In this document: positions 36,305-49,200 of the stretch, piece after piece | Layout: the number at the start of each line of letters is the position of its first letter | Numbering within the stretch: position 1 is the first letter of the stretch | Assembly: GCA_030704615.1 (NCBI GenBank) | Contig: CM060731.1 | Span: forward strand, 23,188,001-23,252,000 | Length of the DNA stretch: 64,000 nt | Origin: Takakia lepidozioides | Taxonomy: Eukaryota > Plantae > Bryophyta | Direction: 5' to 3' | Notes under the pieces: generated by a model | The model's input: the letters and a program-made list of their open reading frames with translations, nothing else | Databases searched by the model: none | Told to the model about the DNA's origin: nothing | Made by a program: the position numbers and the translations under genes

Positions 36305-36806
36305 CCGTACTTACCTAGCTTATTAGGCAATAATTAATTAAAAATCAAGTGCCTAATTAAATTTAGAATTGTTTTGGAAAATGTGCCTAAAACCTGGAAA
36401 ATTTTCCTGAGAAGTGCCTAATTGCTCGAAAATTGTGAAAAACACCAAAATGTCCAAATATGTGGAAAAAAGGCCTAAATTGTATTATTTAAAATCCAAA
36501 AAAGACAAAAATGCCTGTAATTTATAATTTCATGTCCACACAATTTCCAAAAGGCCCTGCATTGATGCAACTACATTTTCATAAGTCTCATCACCTATCT
36601 CATGTGAATCTTCTGAATCTGAGAGAATGTTTTTTAAAAAGAAAATTACCTCAACAATAGTTTTGAGGGAGGTAAAAAACAATTGTTCATTATTATCCAG
36701 GGTCTACTGTATAGGTGAGGTGCCTAAATAATAAAAACGAATCTGCCTAATAATATTCTATTTTTATTAACTATTAGGCGCGGAAGTGCCTAATAATCTA
36801 GGTCGG
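36305..36806. mobile_element. Tc1/mariner (pogo-like) MITE
   Basis: TA|CCG(TACTT)ACCTAGCTTATTAGGCA ... TGCCTAATAATCTAGGTCGG|TA, with internal TGCCTAA repeats. Confidence 0.75.
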
Positions 36807-37438
36807 TAATACAAGGAGGAAAAAATAAGCTCTTGAGAGGGTGCCATGGAGGCTAATGCAGGAAGACAGCTGGAGGAGGTAGAGAAACAAGGCGTGAGAT
36901 ACAGGGAGGCCCTGCCATTGTTTTATTGATATGAAGTGTAACATGTGCCCCACTAGGAACTAAAAACTTTCATGTTCCCATTAAGTCTGAGGGGAACAAC
37001 CCATGATATAAGGTTAAGGTCACTTGGGCCAACTTGATGCGTAGTCCCTACCCTGTCGGGCAGGGAGGGGAGAAGAAAAGACCAGCAAGGCCATAGAAGC
37101 CTGCCAATTGGGTATAGGCTCTTTGCCATGATTGGAGATGGAGTCTAGTTGTAACACTCTAAATGACACTATGTACTACAAAAGAGCACTAGAGTGGGTA
37201 GCCCAGTGGTTGGGAGTTCTGTCTAGGGATGTTCGACTAGAAAGTGGTGTCCGACTTGTAGTTCAGCTAAGTAATAACTGCGTCCCAGACACGAGTGTCG
37301 AGCAGGGGAGGGTAGATGGGAAATTCATCTATTTACAAGGTCTCAGAACATGACACCTCCCATACTGACTATTTGACAGACTATACCTTCGAGGTAAAGC
37401 TTGGGGAGCTGAAGGTTGTTGAAGCAGCCTTTCTGGTT

Positions 37439-39680
37439 TCATTTTACACCACTTTCTTTCACACTGACACGCAACTGCTTTATGGACATCTCCAGCTTTC
37501 TGCGGTCACCCAGGCTCTGAATGCCAAGCGCATTACGGAGGTCAGTATCTGTCAGCTCCAAAAGGAGCGCTCCATCAACATTGTTGTCTGCAAAGGTTGT
37601 AGCATACCGTGCCAGGTCTTGCTGGGCTAGCCACTGCATTGTGTCACCCACTGACCATTCCCTTGGCTCCCCTGCTTCAATGCGAGAAAGACAATCATGA
37701 TTTGGAAGGAACAAGCTGGAAACCTTAGAACTTACTCCTCATTCACATCTTGCGTGGGAAGGCAACTGCACTAACACAGTTAGGAGGTATGTGGTAGGCA
37801 TGCTAAAAGACAAAGACATCTTTAAGAAGCATTTGAAAACTTACAACAAGCACAAAATAACCTATAACCCCTCAAATCTGCTTTTGGAACAAGAGGGGCA
37901 ACCACATTCACAGGAGCCCTACTGCAACCACTGGGCACACAAGGTCTGCCACAACGGAATAAAGCTCTGGAGGTGAAGCAATTTTAAAAAGCTCCTGACC
38001 AGATGCGTATGTTCTGCTGAAAACCACGCCGGTAACCTGTACATTGTTTGATGTCCCTGCTACCTCTATCAAACCCGCTAGCAGAGAAACTTGGGTGCAG
38101 AGTTGTATGGGGTCGATGTGAAGCTTATCTATTCAGTATCTGGAGATGACCATTATGTCTCATCCCCAAGAGAATTCACCTTTGCAAATAGAGAGGGCAC
38201 AATCTCCTGTGGACAATGAAACCCAGTGCTCCCAGGCACCAAAATATCCTTTTCATTGCCCATGTGGCTGGATGCCCTTTACAACAAGGCTCCATCCCAC
38301 ATAAGGATATAACTGGGCTTCACAGTTTGTAAGTATTACAACCTACATGCAATAAAACAGGCAATGGGAATGCATTCACTGACCAGGTAAGATAGCGGTG
38401 GCTCTGCTAGGGCGTTGGGCTAGAAGTGAGTCGAACTCCTCCAGCTCCTTCTTGCGGTCCATCATTTCCTTTTCCTCTGGACTTATCACGTACTCTTTCT
38501 TGCCCTTTGCCTTATCACCTCCAATGTTACTTGCCCTGGTCACTTCCATTAGCACTTTCTCATTCTTGATCCGAGCCATCTCAAAGGGTCGGTGCACTGC
38601 CCCCAAAAGCAAAGCAAACTGGCTCACCAGACCAATTTGTAGGAAAGCAAGAAAACCCCCATTCAAAATCAGCAGAATTGCAAAGAGGGGTGGCCCTCCA
38701 TAAACCCAGGCATTGGCAACTATACCTGCCCTCGCTCTCGCGGATAAATGGCTCTGTTGACTGGCAAATCGAAGCCACAGAAATAAATTTGCAAAGGGTA
38801 TGAAACTAAGGAGCAGTGAGGAGCCTAAATCCCAAATCCTTGGTTTTACTGCCTTAACTTGACCCCGGCGCCTGTCACGAGGCAGCATTCCCACTAGGGT
38901 CCAACTATGCTCGAAAGTATACCAGCCCACAATGCAGTTGGCAAACATAACACTGCAGAGAATGAGGTCACTTGCGGAGAAGAATTCACGCCCCGGAAAG
39001 ACTCCCCTCAAGCTTAATACCCAACCCACCATAAACAGTGCCTCAAATGATGCCAGGCCAAGAGGTAATGAGATGGCCAATTGCGGAAGCTCCTCCTGTG
39101 ATTCAAGCACATTTCCACCGTCCATTGGCCGCTGTATTCTCTTAAATTCTGTTTTAAACTTGCTGTAAACGCCAAACTCCTTGATTCTCTGCCTGGGAAA
39201 CACACCTGCAAACCGCACGCAAGATTTCTGCAAACCCAATAGCTGTTGCTGCTTGGGCCGTAGAACTGAGAATGTGCAGAAGATGCAGGGTGACTTGAAG
39301 CTTGAAACTTTGGCCATAGAGTGCCCGGTAGCAGGTCTGTACAAAGGATAACCAGAAATCGAAGAAGATTTTGTACCTTTCCTGCTTACTCTATAGCAGG
39401 AGGACGACGATGAAGGTGCATAAGAAAGTAAAGTTCCCACTGATGTAGACGAAGGCGGTCCCATAGCATTTGCGTAGTTGACAAGACGGGCTGCTCTTTC
39501 CCTGATTCCTTCAACTGAAACCTCAAGTGACTTGCCTACTGAAATTCTGGAATTAGAGAAATCAAGTGAGCGGGGTTGCGAAAGTACAACCATTGTCTCC
39601 ATTTGCAAGTCTTCTGAGCGCTGTACTGTCTGGTACGACACACATGGAGCCACCAATCCCGGTTGCTCACAATGGCCCAC
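37439..39680 (-). CDS. Multi-pass membrane protein with C-terminal SAM (sterile alpha motif) domain, two exons (39680-38384, 37671-37439)
   Basis: Exon 2 WSVGDTMQWL...YATTFADNNVDGALLLEL...LGIQSLGDRRKL is a canonical SAM domain. The GT (38383) and AG (37672) sites join in phase. Several hydrophobic segments and a S-rich transit-peptide-like N-terminus. Start codon uncertain. Confidence 0.85.
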
Positions 39681-40290
39681 TCCGCTCTTGATACTGACCG
39701 CAATTTCTCACAAAAGTTGCGATCGTAAAGAAAATCTGTGAGGTTCTCCACAGTGAAATCCTTGATAGTTTTCCCAAGAATGCCCAACAATCCTTGACAA
39801 AGAAAGATCTCTAAGAAGTACCCAAAAGTGCGATTCTGTCCAGAGCCTCCCAGGTAGGTGGGCTTGATGATATGGCAGTTCAAGGACAAAAGGGCCCGGC
39901 CAACTTTAGAGGGCTTGAAAACCTACGGAAGTTGCACAATGTGAATGATCTTTTGCTATTGGCCTTTTATCGAGAATGGAGATCCCGATTTTGCTGTTTT
40001 TCATAGGTTTTGGATTTCCGCCGACATTTACTCCCGAGTATAGAATATAGAACTGCATAAGGTTGCACCCAATGGCCCTAATGTTTCTCTTCCCGCACCT
40101 CCGTGGAGATGGAGGAAGAAAGCAAGCAGACTCATTCCTTTGCACAAACAGGCACAAATCCTGCAGAAGTTGACATTGAGGAATTCGCAAACTCTGCTGA
40201 ATTGTTAAGTGAAAAAGAGGGTGTGCAGGGATTCGAGGAGGCAGTGAGGTGGGTTTGAAGCTGGCTGGACAGGACAAGGAGACAGAGAAA

Positions 40291-43200
40291 ATGGATGATG
40301 AGTGGGGGCTAACTGTAGAGGAGTTGGATTCTCTGGAGACAAATGCCAAGAGGCAGCTGGCAGAGAGACGACGATCGCCGTCTACCGCTTCTGCTCCGCC
40401 TGCAGCACCCTCCTCTGCGTTCACAGGCCATCATCCGCAAAAATTCTACTCCTCTCCACCCAAGAATGTTTCTCAGTCTCCATCCAAGTACTTGGGGAGA
40501 TCTCAAGCACTTGCTGTAAAGTTTTTCAGAGATGAGCCTGGTCGAATTGCCGTACAAACACAGTTCAATCAGGTTGATTTCACATCACAATGTTCATGAA
40601 CCAGATGAGGGGCCGTTTATATTTGTTCAAATACAATCAGTGCTATTCATCTTAGACACAATGACTTCTTTGCGTGGAGACCTGTCTGCTTCGTATTCTG
40701 AAAGCACCCAAATGACGTGTTGCTATAGCGGTGGCAATTTAAAGATGGGAATGTAGGAAGGGGTTATTCTCTCCCCACAACTGAGCCTCCTCAGTTGTTA
40801 AAGCCGCTAGCTGAACATCTGGTCCTTGGAACCAAGCGTTAAGCTAGTTGCCCGCCCGCGGACTTTGAAGCCAGAATTGGCTACAATGTTAGAATGCTTC
40901 TGGCAGATCATTGTGCATAGCCTTCAGCCAAGTTTTTTGCTAAGCTCTAAACGGAAAGTTTGGAAACTTGGTAGTCTTGGAGAAACCCTTGTGTAAGATC
41001 CCCACAGCTGGAGTTTGTATGCAAACATGGAATGACAAATTTTCTGCCTGAAAGGCATGGAAATTTTAAAGGTTGCTGGGTGTCTAGAAGTGTTCAGGCT
41101 ACATCTCATGCTATGTTAGCGCTCTCTCTCATGTTGCAGCATCTTCTAGCAGCTTTGAAGGCTGTGGTGGGTCACGAATGGGATGCTAACCGACGGTGTG
41201 TACATAAACTACTCACCTCTTTTATTGGGCAGTTGTCAAAGCTCAGTTACAATCAACAGCCTTGAGTTATTTTAGCTAATCCTGGTTTTGATGTCTTTCA
41301 AGCATTGAGAATAACCCTTTAGCAGTTGTGTTGAGTGCCAATTTCATGTACATCTGGGTGCAGTTACGATTGTAGACTACCAGAATGGGAGAACTAAATG
41401 AAGGTTGATATGATGTTCTGGTTACAGGGTATGGACATATCCTGAGACTCGATTTGAGGAGCTCGCCACCAAAATAATGTCAATTCCACAGTTAGTAATC
41501 AATGTAAATCCTTTTTCCTTTTGAATGCCTCGCCTTTGAGTATGGTTTTGGATTTCCATGTTTTGGTAGTATCAATGATGTTGTCTTGTTTATTTTGAAA
41601 AGTTGTAAGCTACATTCTCTGATGGCCTTTCTACTTGAAACAATATATGCTGAAATAGCATATGAATGTTTCGAACTTGGCAATTATGTTTGATGGGATG
41701 TACTGGTGTGCAATCATTAAGGGTCTTTATGTTTGGCTGGTTCCCCAACAATGGAATAATATGTCTCTTGTGAATGATTTGTGTATGCAGATAGAGGCAG
41801 TGCCGCCTTTATCATTACCTACGCATGTCATGCAAGATGGTGGATGTAGCTCAGGTTGATTACTTGTCCTCTACTGCAGTCAACAAACCTGGTTATTAAT
41901 TGTGGAAATCTATGTCTTTGCACAATGTCGGGTGTGAAAGTGCAATTGAGCTGGGAGTATCCTGGAAGTGAAATGGTTTGTTTTCATCTTGCTAACAGGA
42001 TTGAATCTACACCCACAAGGCAGTCCAAGAAAGTTTCCACATCGTTCCCTGGCTCTGGACTATCAGGAGCAATTGAAGGAGGAAAACCCTTTGAGCCCTA
42101 GCCGCTTGAAAGTGTGCACTGGACTCCCTCAAATAAGCCCAATGAAAGTGCCGAGTACATCGTTAGTGGTGCAAATTTACATGATGGGCCCTGATTCTGT
42201 TGCAGCTCGAAGTCCATATAATGAGGTGGGTTATAGAGCTCAGGAGCTTCATTCATGAACCCATTGGAATTGTGCTGGTACTTTCCTTCTACCTAAATGT
42301 TTTCCACAGATTGTGTTATAATATCCACTGGTGTCATTCTGTCAGTTCTCAATGTTTCTTTTGCTTTAATTTATAGTAGTTCATTTAGCACAAGTTTCCT
42401 TTGGGTTATTATCTTGGAACTTCAGTTATTCCTTAAAGTGGACCCCATAATCACAAGGTTTTATCGAGGTTATTGTGCGAGACAGTCAGTTAGGCGTGTT
42501 AGTCACAATTATATGGTGGAAACGGTAGTTTTGCAGTGGGTCTGGATTGGATCATCTGTGGTATATGCAAGGCACATTTCCTATTTGCAACTGCGAATGT
42601 ATGTTCTCCAGTGAGTTAGTGCTGTGACATGTACGTGAATGAGCTCTTGCTTCTGACTTGTTGCAGAAGATAAAGGAGGCTTGCCAATCTGTGGCTGGAA
42701 GGTCTTGGAATGTAGAAGACAGGTAATTAAACTCATCTTTTAGTGTCTACATTACCCCTCCAAATGGCAGCTTTTCAATACCAGACCTTCCCTGCCTTAT
42801 GGACTTATTGGCAGTCCAGTTTACCCTTGGCATGCTGGTTCACCATCCTTAGTTAATGCTGAGGACTTCTGATTGTGGCTCTGGCACTTAGAACACTGTT
42901 TTTGCTTTGGAAGGGACATTTCTTGAATTTGTCTGAAGTGAATTAGATATCAACCGATTGTTGTTGCTAATGCAAACATCATAGATGTAAGATTGTCCTG
43001 AAAGCACTTGGGCTGTTTTCAGGACAAGAATGTCTTCATTCAGACTTGGTGGTCAGTATCTCACATAACGAACTGCTTGCATCCGTTGATGTGTTCACTC
43101 CACCACACTTCTCTTGATTCAGCAAGTTCCTAACTGGTCGGGAGATGTTAGGGTGTGGACGTTCCCTGTGAGCAAGATGGAGGAGCTTGTGCGAGTGCTC

Positions 43201-46200
43201 TTGAGTATCGCATCTCCACAAGTCACGGTTGGACTTCTCGTATCTGGCTATATGTTTACCCGCCCTCTTACTCTCTACTAGTTTCGGCCATGTATATGTA
43301 TACCAGTTTTCTGCATCTCGATTTTATTCCTCTACCCTAAATTGGCACCTTCCGTGTGAAGATTTTGAGGTGGGATAGAGTTGCACCTATCTCTTTCACA
43401 GATTCTCATCTGATAATGTAGTTATATTGCCATCTGCAGGTTGACTTATAGTTAAGGTCTTATTGGAGAGCAAAGAACAGGTGATTGTCCAGTGTTTGAT
43501 TGTTGGTAACAATGCTGGCTGGTTGGTCTCATAGGTTGAGGCAGTACCGCCTCTGAAGATCTCTATCACTCCCTCGACCAGCACTTTCGCTAGTAAGCTC
43601 TGTCTCCCTGTCGGTTTGAACAGCACGAAGCACTGGCTGCTTGCTACATTTGATTGAGTATAGCACAGGTATAAGAGAAACAAATTTATTACTCCCTTTA
43701 CTTGTTTAAAAAGCTCAGTGAAGTACGCAACCAGAGCTGAAAGATACAAGTCTAATGGACCCTTGTGGCTCTCTGTGGACAAAAATAAAGTTTCTTTCTT
43801 TTTTTCTAAAGTGCTATTCTCCTGCTCAAGACCAATTTGGGAGAACTGCAAAAATTGAACTTGAAGACTCAAGTCTCAAGAAGGTGTTGTGTGGTCAGGC
43901 ATTGCTGCAGGGTCCTTAGCTGCAGTGCTGCTGTCTATTTTCTCGTCTTATTTTCCTTCGATATTGTCGCTGCTCCATACTATCTTCATGAGGACTCGTA
44001 TTTCTTAAGACCAGCAATCAGGATTCAATAATGTGCATGATAACTATTCCATGTCTATTGTACAGTTCAATGGAGCTTTCTCCAAAGGATGACTGTTACT
44101 CACAGGTGGTTACTGGGATGGCCGTGTCACAGATCAGTTGGAGTTGTGTGAGCCCAACTTTGAACCCTCACAGACTCCCCCACAATCCACACCCCAGTCC
44201 GTAAACGTACCCAAACACTCTGTGAAATTATCTCTTCATAGCAGTGGCCTCATCGCAGCAAAGTGCGAGTATAATACGGTGTGTTTCTTTACTGGGTGAG
44301 CATGATCGTTTTTGCAGTCATGTTGCTGACCTTCCATGTTTTCTCAGTGTCTTTACTCCTCTTTAAACCAAGTTCAGATTGTTTTGATGGGGGTGTGACT
44401 TGTTAAAGATGGGTTGGAGCTTCCACGTCTACATGTTCAGTTCGTTGCAGTAGCATACATCAGTCATTGGAAAATCATGAGTGTTGTATTGCTGTATGCA
44501 GCGATTGGTGGCAACCCTACGCTCTATTCCAAAAGCAGATTGGAATCCAAAAGAAAGGTGGTTTGCGCTTCTTCTACCTCTGTATGAAGTGTCCCGTGGC
44601 TATGGGTGTGAGACGTGGTGTACTATAGAGTACTTTGTAAATTTTCCAGGGATTCATGAGAGCACCATCCCCCTCATAAGCTATCGTGTTGCCTACAGGC
44701 TGTGGCTGTTCCCAGTATCATCATTGGAGGAAGCTGAGAAGAGCCTGAGCAGCATCAGTGATCTTCTAGTCACCGTAAGTTCCCCTGTAAGCAAGCAACC
44801 TTGTTCTTTGCAAGGGCAGGCTTACTAGTTATGGTCTCTGGCTCCTTATGCTTTCTGCTTTAGGAGCAGGACCAAGGTCAGATAACAAGACTCTCTTCTT
44901 GTGATTTGCTCTTCTTCCAGGTTTTATCTGGCAAAGGGTGGCTGGGAATGGCTGAGCTTTTTAAGGTATCTGATATATTGGAAGCCACGTTTAAATGTGA
45001 AAGTGTATATTACAAAATAAAGAAGTATTAGCTCTGCTTGCACTGATCCGTTTTTCCTGTTCTTGTCTGCTATCTATCCATGCACTATCAGATTGAAACA
45101 CTAGAGCCGCTAGTACGACGGGCGATTGAAGCCAGTGCATCTGCTTCCAACCTTCAAGGTTCTCCTTGTCCCCCTCTTCTTTCACTTTTTAGTGCAGCAG
45201 TGTTGCCTTTGTTTCTCGATTCTTCCCATTTTTTTCTTCTATTTGTGGGTTGTCTTCCCTCTACTTCCTGTGCCCTAGTAAGCAAGAGGCCAGTGCCACA
45301 ACTATGTACAGCCTTTACCCTGGAGAACTGATGGTGTCTTCCCCATGGAGTCAGTTGTGCACATGCCCAAAGTGGTAAGTGATTGTAGAATGCCTCACTG
45401 TGTAGGAAAGTACAGCACTATTCCATCAGAGCTGGAGTCACAGTTGCTGCCATTTCAACGGGATGGAGTCAAGTAAATTCAGCACCCATCCCTCTCCCTG
45501 TCAATGATACCCTTGGTGCAAATTCTCAACTCTAGTTCTGCCTTAGGCTGCAAGTACAGGGTTAATTAGGGATTCAGGTGTTTCCGTAAAAGAGTTGAAA
45601 ACGCTTGAAGGTTTCAATTCCTACGAGTGAATTATGTACCTTCACATGATGTCCAGGTTTGCGCTGCAGCGCGGCGGCCGTGTACTCATTGGTGATGAAA
45701 TGGGCCTCGGCAAATCTTTGCAGGTACTTCTCAACTGCTGTACTTCTCCTTCTCATCTGGTGTGCGCGCCTCGCTGTGCAAGGGCTGAGGGCAAATTTTA
45801 CTTGAAAAACACTGGACCCAGTCACCTTGTTCTCTTGGCAAATTCACCTTAATATCAGATTGCACATGGCTCAGGGTGTTTAGCTATGGACTATGAGGTT
45901 GAAGACCCTGATTTTCTCTCCAGATCCCAGAATAGAACCTCTCTACTTTCGTGCCTTCTACCTGTGTACCTCTTACCATCAGTGCGCAGCTTGTCTTAAA
46001 TGACTACATAGGCTTTCAGTATGTAATATGCCAGGTTATTGGGGGAGTCTGTTGCTTGAAAATGGTTTCTATCCTAGACTGTCCCTTTTGTTCCCGCTCA
46101 AACTGGGCGCGGGGTCAATGGCCACAAGGCTACGGCAAACAACGTCTTATGAGTACAATCTATCCTAGACTGGAATTTTCTCTCCGAAAATTATTGAGCC

Positions 46201-49200
46201 TGTAGGAAAGTTGATATTTATGAACAGTGCCTTTGCCATTCCCAACCGGGGAACTAAGATATGACTTTGAGACTGACACAAAGCCAGAGATAAGACACAG
46301 TTCATGATTACAACTGTTTATTACTAATGCTGTGTCCCTGGATCGCTGTGTTCTGTTGTGGTTGTGGTGGATGTCCAATCTTTCTGCGTTCATGAAGGCC
46401 TTGGCAGCAACCCTTGTAAACTGTAAGCTGGACTGGATGAAGTTAATATTCATAACTTTCTCTCACAGAATCAATACCTTCTGTCAGGGCCTGAAGGGAG
46501 AGATCTGTTGCATCTCGGGAGAGCCAGTCATACGATTCCTTATACCACACATGCTTTGGTGTGCCAGTCTGAATCCTGTCACAGTTTCTGTGCCCTACTG
46601 CCTGTAATCACATTTCATGTATTTGTGGGCGGGGCAGGCGATCGCTGTGGTATCAAGCTTGAGAGATGAGTGGCCAGTGCTAATTGTGGTGCCATCATCA
46701 TTGCGATTACAGTGGGCAACTGTGAGCTTCACTTGGCCTGTCATGTGTTCTTCGTTTCAAATTTGCGTTCTGCATATCATCCTTCTGATTCAACCAATGG
46801 GTAATCTTGACATCACCGTTTTCCCATGTGGGGTTGCTTGGCCTCTGAAATCATTGCGTTCCCTTCTATTCTGTGACGGGACTGCCAACTCTGGTTTATG
46901 AGCTCACCTGACTGCTTCTCTTTTGTCTGCAGACACTAACGCAATGGCTCAAGATTTGCCCAAAAGATATAACGGTAACAGCCAAATGCCGAAATCTTGT
47001 GCCAAAGTCTATCTAGGGATTAGAATTACATGAAAACTCTGACTGTCAAGTTTTTGAAGCAGAGTCAACCTACACAGTTCATTCTTCAAATTCTGATTCA
47101 AGTGAGCAGCATGTCTGGCATGGCATTGAGGGCTCCTTCACCCTTTCTGTTGCATACAGGTGTTCAGAGTGAAGGCTTTTATGTATGTTGTAAGCAGGGA
47201 AGTGTGCTCCTAGGTACACTATAGGGTGGAAGGGATTGCAATTATCAAATCTTCTTCTTGGTGTGGGATGATACTGCACTGCAGGTGGTATTGTTACAAG
47301 AAGGGAATGTCTACTCTTAGGGACATTCTAGGATGGAAGGGATTGCACTTCCAGTTTTTTCAAGGACTTTTCTTTGTCAAATGTTCTTTACTTAAACGAC
47401 AGAGGTGTGGGGTGATCCTGCAATGCAGGTGGTATTGTCACAATCTAGTGCCTCCAATATAGAGGGCTTCACTATTGTGCAGTCGGCTGGCAAGCAAGCA
47501 GTGCAATTGTACGGGCTGTTCAACATTGTCTCATATGACCTGGTCACTAAGTTTCACCAAAGTATCAGTGCTGCCAAATTCAAAGCACGTTTATTCAACT
47601 TCTGGTTTTTGTCTTTTTAATTTGATTTAGGCCTCTTCCCAAACCGAGCACGGACATTTCAAGCTACTGTGTTGACATGCTGGTCAGGCATCTTATAGTC
47701 AACCCCTTACAAAGAACTTCCCTTCATGCCCATTCACTTGAGGGAGAACCCACACCCGCCCCCACAAAAGAAAAATATATACTATATGTGTATATATATA
47801 TATATAAAAACTTGCTAGAGGGTGTCCCCCTACTCTTTGCCATGAAAGTTGCTGTGCTGTTTGAAGGCTATGTGCTTGCTCAAGAAAAAACTTAGATGCC
47901 AAGGAATGCAGGTTCATGCAGTGAGCAATACAATGGCATTTGGTTTGTGTACGAAGTGAACTTAGTAATCTGCCCTAATCCAGTCCCCAGTCTAATGTTG
48001 TTACCTTGTTATTTGCAGATAATCATTGCGGATGAGGCACACTACTTGAAGAATGCACAGGCAAAGCGCACAAATGCTTGTGTGCCGCTGCTGCAGGTAA
48101 GAGTTATGTGCTCCTTGAGACAGATTTCTTGTTGCATACATGTGGTCACTGCAAGAAGGGTTCAGTCAAGTTTTTTCATCCACAAAATTGTGACTCCCAG
48201 TGGGTGTTGGTGATTTACAGAGAGCAAAGTATGCCTTGCTTCTCACTGGGACACCAGCATTGTCTCGGCCTATTGAATTATTCAAACAGGTATTGCTGAT
48301 TTGTGGGTCTTTGCCCTTGTGAATTGTTCTGTGACACCTGCGTGCCTAAATATATGTCACTGATGGACTATGCATTCCATACAGTGATTTGAGAAGATTA
48401 CATGTAAGCATGTAGACAACTTAGACATGGGTAGATACGCTTTTGATGACAAAGAAGAGGTTGTACTCCGATAATTCAATCAACCGCAGCATGCTTGTAA
48501 ACTAGATGAAGTGTGATGTGGTCTGTCTAGTCACCATTTCAGATACACCCATGCACAGTTGGCGCATTGGAGATGGACGTATGTCTCCCCCATGCTTTAA
48601 ATTAGTGTGAAAGGAGAAAACCTGAGCAAACTTACTCACATACTAGTGTGAGTTGCAAGATATGTAGTGAGTTGATTTTTTATTGTTTCACTTTAGTATT
48701 GTCAACCAATCTCTAGATAAGTATGAGTCTGAGCGACTTTACATCTCCCAATCTAATACCCCTTCTTAGGTGAAACTTGTATGTGCTTAGACTCATTCTG
48801 CCCTCAACAATATGTATTGTAGGGTTCCAATCTTAGATGGATCTTTGACTTTGATCCGTCTGTAAGAAGGACATTTCCTCTTACAAAGGTTTTTTTTTGT
48901 GCAGCTTGAAGCACTTCAACCGGGCGTCTATAAGAGTGTGAAGGAATATGGCAACCGCTATTGCATGGGTGTAGGATTTGCTTGGCCTTCTCTCTTACCC
49001 TCCATTTTTCTTGGTGGATTGTTCTTTTAGCATATCTCAGCTTTTTATAATGCGTCAGATGAGATTGCTATTGACTTTCACTTCTGAGTTTTGGCATTCT
49101 ATGCATAATACCAGGGGAACTTTGGACAGTACCAAGGGGCCACCAATCGTGAAGAACTCCATGCCCTGGTGAAAGCAACTGTCATGATTCGGCGACTAAA

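Noticed and set aside
43396-43872. 158-aa minus-strand ORF inside SMARCAL1
   Set aside because: Spans intron and antisense exon, with no recognisable motifs.
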